Shown piece by piece: positions 52,220 through 61,570 of a stretch of DNA of 64,000 nt. The DNA is taken from NCBI RefSeq assembly GCF_030028105.1, contig NC_092379.1, positions 19,693,309-19,757,308 on the forward strand. Reading direction: 5' to 3'. The notes under the pieces were generated by a model that saw only the letters and a list, made by a program, of their open reading frames with translations, was not told where the DNA came from and searched no databases. The stretch comes from Mobula birostris (Eukaryota). Both the position numbers and the translations under genes were made by a program. Every line of letters starts with the position of its first letter. Position 1 is the first letter of the stretch.

Positions 52220-52850
52220 CCAGAAACACAGGAGATTCTACAGATGCTGGAAATCTTGAACAACACACACAAAGTGCTGGAGGAACTCGGCAAGTCAGGC
52301 AGCATCTATGGATGGAAATAAACAGTCGATATTTTGGGCTGAGAGATTTCACTGGTACAGGAAAGGAAGTGGGCAGAAGCCAGAATAAGAAGGTGGGAGG
52401 AGTAGAGAGGAATACATTCTGTCAGATGAGAGGTGAGACCAGGTGAGGGGGAAAGTGTGTGGATGGGGGAGGCAGTATGAAGTAAGAAGCTGGTAGGGCA
52501 TAAGTGGAAGAGATAAATGGCTGAAACAGAAGGAATCTGAGAGGACAGTGGACCATGGAGGGAAGTGCAGGAGAAGGGGAACCAAATGGAAATGATGGGA
52601 AGGTGAGGAGAAACGAAGGGATGAGGGTGTATCTAGTATGAGGAATAGAATAAAAGGGAGAATAAAGGAGTGGGGGATCATTACTGGAAGTTAAAAAATA
52701 AGTATTCATGGAATCAGTTTGGCAGGTACCTGGATGGAATATGAGGTGTTGCTACTCCAACCTGACTTTGGCCTCACCATGGCAGTAGAGGAGCCCATGG
52801 ACAGACATGACAGAATGGGAATGGAAAGTCAAATTGAAATAGGTGGCCAC
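52220..52850 (-). mobile_element. Penelope-like element 3' end (GIY-YIG C-terminal remnant and terminal repeat)
   Basis: Minus-strand VATYFNLTFHSHSVMSVHGLLYCHGEAKVRLE*QHLIF, plus the GATGCTGGAAATC..TGCTGGAGGAACTC..GGCAGCATCTATGG terminus common in cartilaginous fish. Confidence 0.7.
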
Positions 52851-53005
52851 GAGGATAATAGAAATGTGATTGGAGAGGTAGTCAGTTTCAATCGTGTTTT
52901 ATTCTCTCTCTGTTAAACTTCAATCCCAATGGATACCAGAGGCAGGTCTAGAATCCAGTAAGTGGATAGCAATAAAATTCATTGATGAATTGTATACACA
53001 GCCAA

Positions 53006-53136
53006 TCACTTTATTTCACACTTTCCTGCTGAACAATGATACTGTTGGGTAGAACCATCGGAGAATGTTGCATTGAGATTACTCTGGTAAAAGAACTTTG
53101 GCACAGGCTCCGAAAAACAGCTGGGACATTTTCCAC
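53006..53136 (-). CDS. IgW: IgW short-form Cys-rich secretory tail exon
   Basis: Acceptor CCATTTCCAG|GT at 53136. Reads GGKCPSCFSEPVPKFFYQSNLNATFSDGSTQQYHCSAGKCEIK*, with 4 Cys and an N-A-T sequon. AATAAA overlaps the last codons (53010-53015). Resembles the shark/skate IgW-short tail as recalled. Absent from the supplied ORF track. Confidence 0.9.
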
Positions 53137-53819
53137 CTGGAAATGGAAGATTCATAGATTTAAGTGTTAGATATTTTTACCTTTTTTCCCATGCTTGGAA
53201 AAAAGGGAGCCCCACATATTCCCACTCTGTATCCTTTGTATGTCACATCCTATCAGGATGAGGTTTTGTCAGCCATGATAAATGAATGTGCTCTCTGAAC
53301 CTGGTCAAGGATCTGAGGACACAAGGTCACAACATTCACTTGAGGATTGGGCATCAATTCAAAATTAATCCCGCCACCTACATTTCAGTGAGTGGACAAT
53401 CGACAGAAGAGTCTCTCAGGAAACACTGGAAATAGACTCTGGAGACTGAAACAAATGCAAAATTGCAGAGATATTTTTTTGAGGAACTAACACTGAGAAG
53501 ACAGTGAAAAGGGAACAGGGAGATTTTCTCTAGAAGGTAAAACATGGGACGTGAGCTTTGCTCACTAAATTATTTTCATTATAACTACAAACATAGACAA
53601 CTAAAATTATTGAGACGGAATGGACAGGTGACCTGATCTTACACCTTTCCTGCCCAGTAGATGGGGTTAAAGCTGCTGGTGATATGAGTTGATTCAAAGT
53701 GCAAGACTCATCTGTACATCACTCAACAAGATCGACAGTAGGGACAGGAATTGGGTGGGAGTATCAGTTAAGTAGTTTAGTATTGTAAGATAATTAATTT
53801 TTCTTCAGACATCACTCAC

Positions 53820-54191
53820 CCTCTTGATACGTCATGTTGACCTGACCACTGAAACTGGAAGGTGCGTGATTCACTTCACAAATATATTTCTGTTTCTTGG
53901 TCCATTCCTGCACAGGCACTGTCAGGTAAGCGATTGTTTCAAATCCACCATCAGATCTCGGAGTGGAAGGGAGAATGATGCCTTTTTGGGCAGATCCAGC
54001 TTTTTTCCAGGATACTTTAACGTTGTCAGGAGCGAATCCAGATATCACACAGCCCAGGACAACATTTGCTTGCCCGTGGATTGCCTCCCGGGATGGAACA
54101 AGGGAGCTGAGCTTCGGAGCTGTAACAGGGGAGTTGCGCTTCGGAGTTGTAACAGGGGGGCTGAGCGTCGGAGCTGTAACACATTTAATAT
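53820..54191 (-). CDS. IgW: IgW CH2 exon with triplicated 27-bp N-terminal extension
   Basis: Acceptor CTGACAG|AT at 54191, donor G|GTGAGT at 53819, 372 nt open. Reads IKCVTAPTLSPPVTTPKRNSPVTAPKLSSLVPSREAIHGQANVVLGCVISGFAPDNVKVSWKKAG...EWTKKQKYICEVNHAPSSFSGQVNMTYQE. Confidence 0.93.
54100..54180 (-). repeat. 3 x 27-bp in-frame tandem repeat within CH2
   Basis: Units at 54154-54180, 54127-54153 and 54100-54126 encode VTAPTLSPP, VTTPKRNSP and VTAPKLSSL. Confidence 0.95.
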
Positions 54192-55053
54192 CTGTCAGTA
54201 CATGATTGCTTTGCCCATGTTTTTGACTTCATTCTCCCTCATCCCAGGCAAGTTCCCCAATTCCAGCCCTCTCAAGAATGTTGTTAATTTACAGCTGATC
54301 TGATGATCTGATGGCTCACACCAGTGAGTGGGAGGGCTGGGTGTATAACTTGGGCCTCCCAGCAGTGTGTCCCACTGTGCTATGATAATGCGGAGAGGTG
54401 GGTCATGGGGTTGAGGTGCAGACCTGCCATATCTAATTGTTTACTGGACAATGACTGATACCAGCTCCTGTGAGCAGGAGTACATGGTGTGGGACTGTTT
54501 CCACTGGCAAGTTTGGGAAACACAATTTTACTTTCAATGAGAAAGAAGAACAGATGGACAGGAGGAAATTTTTTTTTTTGTTACTGCAAAGGCTTGTTCA
54601 GATCTGTGAGAAGATGGTTTAAGAAGGGCAGTGGAGTGGATTCCTTCATCACATTCACAAGAGATTGCTTTTACCAGAAGAAGGGCAGCTGCAGGGTGGA
54701 GGGGGAAAGTGCGGAGGAGTGGGGTAAAGTTTAAATTGTTGTTCTGTGTGCAGGGGCATGATGGGCCAGCGGTCTCTGTATGTGTACAGGAGCTGATCTG
54801 TAGGGAGGGTTTAGTGGGAGTGGGTGGTGGAGAGGCTCCTGAAATTAGACAATGGAGCGGATACAATGGAGGCAGATCCTGATACTGAGTTTCACTGCCC
54901 ATATTGACTGTTATACATTTTCTCACTGCTGTTGTAAGAGCAGAAGAAAGGAGTTAGTTGCCATGCTCCTGCATTATCTGACAAAGCTTCCTACTCCAGA
55001 TTTATGCTCTGACATCAGTGCAGCTTTCGATATAAATTAGTTCTGATACTAAC

Positions 55054-55635
55054 ATTGAGGTTGAGGTTTCTGCCACTGCGATGTCACACTCCCTGCCTTG
55101 CAGGAGTAGACTTTATTCTTCTTCTAGTCCGCCGCAGAGACTTCAAGCAAGCTGCTCATTATGTACTTAGAATTTTGCCCCAACACCGCCGGGTATTTCT
55201 TATTTTTTTTTTAGCATGTCATACCAGACGTTCAGCCATTCTTGTCTGGCACGTGGTGTCAGGATTAACCGGGTCATGTTATGAACGTTCCTGACTTGAC
55301 CCTTATATATTTCTTACGAGGCCAAGTGGCTATCTCGACACTCAACCGGGCACGGATGGACAGTGTGCTCGGGAGTGGGGAAAGCGTGCTAGGGAGTGGC
55401 CTAACCAGGATTTGAACTCGGGAACATTCGCTCCAGAATCTGGTGCTGATCTCACTGCGCCACCAGCCGGCCTGGAATTTCTTAATTCCAGTGGTGATGT
55501 CCCCACTGTTAGTGGACCATGTCTGACTGATGCTCTCAGGCTGATAGTCCTTGACCAGACAGAGGAGGCTGATGCCTTGGTCAGATTCTGTGTTGCAGGA
55601 AGGAGTGATGTAGACTGATGGTGCAGACTTGACCT
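55054..55635 (-). pseudogene. IgW: IgW CH1 exon, disrupted by SINE insertion and nonsense codon
   Basis: Acceptor TTTCAG|AG at 55635. Reads EVKSAPSVYITPSCNTESDQGISLLCLVKDYQPESISQTWSTNSGDITTGIKK[insert]YPAVLGQNSKYIMSSLLEVSAAD*KKNKVYSCKAGSVTSQWQKPQPQ, donor T|GTTAGT at 55053. Removing 282 nt leaves a 300-nt phase 1-1 exon. TAG at 55124-55126 sits where the conserved Trp is expected. Confidence 0.93.
55203..55476 (-). mobile_element. tRNA-derived SINE inserted in CH1 (274 bp, A10 tail, 8-bp TSD)
   Basis: 5' GGCCGGCTGGTGGCGCAGTGAG (A box) and GAGTTCAAATCC (B box). A10 tail at 55203-55212. TSD TAAGAAAT at 55477-55484 and 55195-55202. Confidence 0.93.
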
Positions 55636-58600
55636 CTGAAATGGAAAGAAATTCACAGGCGGTTCTCTGAATAAATGCATTACTGGCAGAGAAAGGAGAC
55701 GTTTTATAAAGCAGTAATTTTCAAAATTATTCACCTCATGAAACAAAGCTGATATCACTTTAACACTCAGCTGTGAGTCTGTGTCGCTGAGGTAGGAGGG
55801 TGTGGATCAATCCCACAGTGGCAACTTGGACTCACAATCCAGGCCAACACTTCAGTGCAGGACTGAGGCAGTGACCCAATGTCCGATTGGTGGAATTTCA
55901 GCCAAAATACCAAAGTGACAATCTGTCTCTCCTCCAAATACAATTCCTGATTCTGAGAAGTCTGTTAGCACTTGATCAATGAAGTTTACAAAAAAAGTAA
56001 GATTTAGAAGTATCTTATGGAATAATTCTGATGTGTTCAGTGTTGCTGTTGATGAGAGGAGTGATTGGTGTGGATATAGTGGTACCCAGTCTCCAGCACC
56101 ATGTGTGCAGTATAGTGGAGGTTGGGAAATGGACTCTGCTTCTGAAATTCAACTCAACAGACTACATGATGCAGCTGACACTGCCTCACATATTTACCGT
56201 GTGTGACTGAGCAAGAATTCCAACCCCACTGAGTCTGTGGAAACTACTGGCTAACTGGGAGGGAATGGTAACTTGCATCAGAAAGGACAGAGGAACTGTG
56301 GAAATACATTAGCCCAGACTCTGTGGAGAAGTGTCGGCCAACACAACCGACAGTGACGATGAGATTCCTGGGGAGATGGAGAATTCTCAAAGTGTTGTTA
56401 GATGTAGGTGATATTCTCACTGAACGACCAGCCCAGAGAGGAAATGCAGGTTGTAGCAATTCCCAACCACTTAAGGTGTGAAATACACTTGAAAGCACTG
56501 TTTCTTAATTCATTTCACAGGAAAAGGAGACGTGTTGACTTACTAAGGTAGGTAAAGGTGCGAAGATCAATTAGCTAATTGACCAATTGACAGCTTTGAC
56601 AGGTGGATATGTGGTTTGACCAGTTGTCAGAATTACCTTGAACAGTGTTGTGGACGGGGTTTGTTCTGACCCACTGACGTGACATCATTCACCTCATGAT
56701 TGACACTGTCAATGACAGATTGTTGCTGGTGGATGAGGTTAAAATCACCCAAAAAGACTGTGTGGACACAGCAGGAGCTCTGGGAGTAGGAGACTAGCGG
56801 GAGGGTATGTGTTAGACAGTGTGAATTGCAGTAGATGAGGGCTTTGTTGCCCAACAGTAAGATGGTCAACAGACACACACAGGCTTCAGATTGATTCTGC
56901 TATTGGAAGGGCAGCAAATTCAACATTTGGAGTGGAAGTGCAGTGGTGGGAAGGTCACAATTTCATTCAGGGGCAAAATAATGAAATATTCACTTCACAG
57001 TCATCACTCTGGGACAAAAGGCATAAAATATTGAAACCTGGGTTTCAAATAGAATGAATATAAATCAATAACTATCTCAAGTAGATAGGAATCGATATAA
57101 TGTAACTGGTCAGTAATGACAGCTGCATTGTTTTGAACCATTTCAAGGTGACACTGGGGACTGTGAACTCAGAATATTTGCCTTCCTGAGTAAACACAGG
57201 TGATTCAGGTTGACAGGACAGGCAGAGCAGAGAAATGGTCCCTTTCTCATTCCTTTCAGACTGGGCCTGAAACAACCAGTGAAATGCTGACGTCAGACTC
57301 CCCATCGGGGACACAACTTCTGTCAAACAGTGGGACAAGCTGACCTGTGCTGTGATTGAAGTGTCACAGGAGAGAAAGCACAGGGCACGGTGCCAGCCGG
57401 ACCATGTCCACACAGACCGGGCTGAATGGTGCTGGTTCAAACCTACTGGGACTCTCCCCACACTCCTAACACTGGGAAAGGTGGGACCTCACTGGGTTTC
57501 TGGATGCTGGCGGCTTGTGTTGAGGTGTATCAGGGCCTCAGCATTAAATAGCCTCAGACAACACCCTGCTGGGACTCTGGGTCCAGAACACCCTGATGGG
57601 AGGGCTTTGTCTTGTGTTAATGCTGTCATGTAATTTAACAGGTTCAAAATGACTTGGAAACATTAAAGTTAATGTAAATTCCTGTGGCAACAATTAACTT
57701 TGCATATTTTGTTTAAAATAATAAATCTGAAATGCATTAAAACATAATAATCAGACAGAAATCATTCCTGGATAAATCCCTTCCCAAGGCCCAGAATCCC
57801 CAGTCAGATGAATGGAAAATGTGATCCTTTGTCAGGTCCGGCCTGTGAGGGAAACGTGGAGGTGGATTTCCCAGTGTTACCCTGGGAATTCCAGCAGGAC
57901 CTGGTGCCATGTGGTAGTGTGTGGTCACTGCTCTGGAGGCATATGTCACTCAGTAAATCCTGGGTTACAGTGGTCTGTGGAACTGTGAGATTGACTCCAG
58001 TGTAAGTGACTGAACACTAGTTGTCTCCTTCAGACTGCCAGGCACAACCAGCACCATTTCACCCACACTATCCTCAGCTTCCCAGGTAGACAGTACCTCA
58101 GGAAAGGGCTGGTCAGCTGTAGTCTGAGGAGCCTTACTGCTCTTTATCAGTGTCAACCCCTGACAGCAGGGGAATTGCTGGACCAAAGACTAGGGACCAT
58201 ATGGATGGCCTATAACTAACTAGTGTTTGTCTATTCATCTACTGCATAGTCAGAATTCAGCTGAGGACTTCTCAGTGGTGGGGAGCTTTAGGAATTGTAG
58301 GCTGAAAGTGACCATTCCCTTCCAACATCACCCAAACGGACGAGATTGTCATGTCGTAGTTCAGTTTGTGGGAACAAGATGCAGACAAGTTGGAGGTTTA
58401 GTCCCCCACATGAAGTGACACACTGCAGAAGTACTTGCTGGGTTGGAAAAGGCTCTGGGATGTTCTGGGGTTGTAGAAGTCAATGAAAAACAGATTGTTT
58501 TCTTGAAAATAAATTCTGTAAAATAACACTGGAAACAGCGTAGTTGCCAGAAATCAGACTGACGGAGTCTGGTGAAAGGTCACTGATGTGAAACATTCAC

Positions 58601-58787
58601 TCTGCTTCTCACCCACAGATGGTCCCTGAGCTGCTCAGTGTCGGCAGTGCAGGAGGCACAATAATGTCAGTCGGTGAGATTTGCAGCTGAGGATCTTTTA
58701 CATCCCGGGACCAGCAGGTGGTAAGTACAGTTCTGTCTGGATCAGTGTTCCTCTGGGTCTTTGTAAAAACACCCAACGAACTGACTG

Positions 58788-59088
58788 CAGGGTGCTGGGG
58801 TGAAGAGAGGAACTGGATCTGGGTGGGTCACAGGGTGCGGGGGTGAAGAGGGGAACTGGATCTGAGTGGGTCACAGGGTGCTGGGGTGAAGAGGGGAACT
58901 GGATCTGGGTGTGTCACAGGGTGCTGGGGTGAAGAGGGGAACTGGATCTGGGTGGATCACAGGGTACTGGGGTGAAGAGGGGAACTGGATCTGGATGGGT
59001 CACAGGGTGCTGGGGTGAAGAGGAGAACTGGATCTGGGTGGATCACAGGGTGCTGGGGTGAAGAGGGGAACTGGATCTGGGTGGATCA
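58788..59088 (+). repeat. Minisatellite, 7 copies of a 43-bp G-rich unit
   Basis: Unit approx CAGGGTGCTGGGGTGAAGAGGGGAACTGGATCTGGGTGG(G/A)TCA. AACTGGATCT recurs at 58811, 58854, 58897, 58940, 58983, 59026 and 59069 (period exactly 43). Confidence 0.97.
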
Positions 59089-60615
59089 GCTCAGAAGAAA
59101 TTTGCAATGAAATAACACTTGGGAATTTGTACGAAATGATTGCCCAGAATCAGCAGATTGGGGGAGACTCAGTCTGATTTTAGTCTGTATTGTACTAAGT
59201 GGATAGAATATCGGGTAGTATGAACGAAAGGTGGGCAGTTTTATTTATTCATCCTTTGGGATCTGGGCTTTGCCGGTAAAGTCTGAATGAATTACGCATC
59301 TGAGCTGCTATTCAGAGGGCATTTGGAGACAAACACATTGATGGATCAGGAGTCATAAATAGGCTCGAAGGGTCAGGATGACAGATCTCCTTCCCTGAGG
59401 GACATCAGTAAAACTGAAGGGTCATCATTACCAATGATTGGATTTAAAAACAATACCAATTATTAAAATCTTGGAAATCCGACCACAGATCCAAATCTGT
59501 ATTATGAACTGAGTATAAATTTGTCAATTTTGTTATGGTGGTATCCGTGGACTGTTCATCCATCCCTCTGCACTACTCATTTGCTTTGATGTACTGTCCT
59601 GTTTCCAATCACTCCAAATCCAACCTTGTGCCTGTCCATTGGATCACTGTGTCCACGGTGTCCTGGACAATATTTCTCCTTCAATAACATCACCAGAACA
59701 GACTGTCTGATCGTTCTCGCCTTGCAGTTTGTGGATTCTGCTGTATGCAGAGTGGCTCCACATTCCCGACTCTACAACAGGGCTGTACTTTGAAACAACT
59801 TCATTGCCTGTGAAGACCTCGGGGGCACCATGAAAGGTGCTCTGTAAATGTCAGCACTTTATCTCACAACCACTTTTACTGAATCACCAGCAACACTGGT
59901 TAACGTAGGAAAACACTTGTTAAACAAACCCAGTCGGGGGATGGAGGAGGACAAGAAATTAGATGAGTTGCTCTGTCTGTGAACTAAGAATAAACAGTTC
60001 ATTTGAACAGTAAAGTTCAACTCGTGTCCCGTGAGTGTGTGATGGGACAGGTTGGGGGAAGCTTCACTCTGTGTCTAATCTCTGCTGCCCCTGTCCTGGG
60101 AGGGATGGGACAGTGCAGAAGGATCTTTGTATCTAATCCGTGGCTGCCAGGACAGGACATGGGAGCTGTGATCTGCATTTAACTCATGCTCTGTGCACTC
60201 TGGGGTGCTTGTTGGAATCCCTTTGAGGAAGAATTTCCCAGATTTACAAGATAAATACTGATTCCATTGAATGATAGAGCAGAGAGTGAGGCCGTTCATC
60301 CTATTGTTTCTGTGCTTCATTTAGCTGAGCAAACCCAATAGACCCATTGGTCTCTCTGCTCTTCCCTGTATCCCTACAAAAGGCGGATCTCATCCTGTTC
60401 CCTCTCCACACTCACTATTGGCCATCACCATCATTCAGGCAGTGTGTCCCAGATCACAAACCTTCATCAACAAACCTTCCCTTAAATGCTCCCCTATTAC
60501 ACATTATTGAATTGAACGCTTCCCTCCCCACCCCACCTGCACCACTCCCCACTCCCCCACCCAACAATGCAAGGCTGCCCGGAACGTGTGAAGGAATTGA
60601 GATTTCAGTTCCCCG

Positions 60616-60709
60616 CCTTACCTTTCCTGCACCACTTCCCCACTGCCTTCCCAACTCCAAAAATCTTCCCCACAGTACCCCACCTCCTCGCCCATCAGGG
60701 AATAAAACT
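60616..60709 (-). other. Candidate atypical J-like segment with 23-bp-spacer RSS and splice donor
   Basis: Plus strand CACAGTA (60671-60677), exactly 23 nt, then AATAAAACT (60701-60709). The adjacent 49 nt on the minus strand (60670-60622) read GKIFGVGKAVGKWCRK+G and end in AG|GTAAGG (phase 1). It lacks the WGxGTxVTV motif and is low-complexity, so it may be chance. Confidence 0.3.
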
Positions 60710-61542
60710 AAAACCTCAATTCCATCAATTAATCCTGGGATATCGCCGATACTTTTGCTGTATCCCAGGACGGACCTCATGCCGGACATTACATGATGGG
60801 ACTGACACCCACCTGTACCCTGGGGATATTGAGACATCAACCAGATCATACATGTGTACACCGTTCCCTCAGATTATGTCTGAATCCCATTACCTTCAAC
60901 ATGAAAGCAGCCGACAGTAAAACCCAATCCCAGTAATTTGACACCGAACAGATCCATTGTTGTCACTGACAGGGAACAAGTTCAACTGCACTGAAACGCT
61001 CAGCCCCTGAACGTGGCTTCAGTCGGTGCTGAGGATCAGAAGCCAGACTTGAACCAAACACTGAGCTCACTCAGCACAATCGGCCGGTGTCAAGGCACAG
61101 TCTGGTGACAAGATCCGACCCCATTCCCCTGAGCCTGTTCCCGGTCTGTGGACAGTGCACTGGTGGGTGGGGTGTGTACCCTTGTACTGTTACTGTGCTC
61201 TAGAGAAACCCGCCGGTTCGGGGAGATTCATGTACTTTCTCTAAATATCAACATGATCCCTGTCCGGACCGGGAGCAGCCGCTTCCAGGATTTCCATCCC
61301 AAACTCTGTCCTTGTCTCTTGTTGGCGTGTGAGTAAAGGCATTTTCACAATTTCCCTGTCTGCGGACACCGGCTCCCGCCATCCCCCAGAATCAGAGTCA
61401 AATCCTTTTGGGCTTTTAATTGTCCAGAAATGGGCATTTGCGCCCAGCAGTCCGAGTAAGGCTTCAGGGATTTGACTCTGGGAAGCAGCAATGCGGAATC
61501 CGTGGAGACAGACTGCGCTGCAGACACTCCTTTGTCGGGACC

Positions 61543-61570
61543 AATTTCTGTTCAGCTCCCCATCACCGTG
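61543..61570 (-). promoter_or_regulatory. Recombination signal sequence with 12-bp spacer, 3' of V-D
   Basis: CACGGTG (61570-61564), 12-nt spacer ATGGGGAGCTGA, then ACAGAAATT (61551-61543). Matches are 6/7 and 6/9 to consensus CACAGTG and ACAAAAACC. No nonamer at a 23-nt spacing. Confidence 0.75.

Noticed and set aside
55395-55476. tRNA gene
   Set aside because: A and B boxes are present, but the sequence continues into a SINE body with A-tail and TSD, and I could not see a complete cloverleaf.
46860-55635. Assigning the C exons to IgNAR or IgM
   Set aside because: CH3-CH6 resemble IgNAR C2-C5, but a CH1 exon, a conventional VH with leader, the Cys-rich short tail and six domains before the tailpiece fit IgW. 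IgM has four C domains.
58788-59088. CRISPR array
   Set aside because: Units are contiguous with no unique spacers, and the DNA is eukaryotic.
61095-61157. Decayed JH (TGGGGTCGGATCTTGTCACC, with CACTGTC 27 nt upstream)
   Set aside because: It needs several indels to give WGxGTxVT, has no nonamer at 23 nt and no splice donor, and is implausibly decayed next to a well-preserved V.
61169-61197. RSS or D segment at TACTGTG
   Set aside because: Best nonamer is at a 13-nt spacing with weak match, and there is no second heptamer to flank a D.
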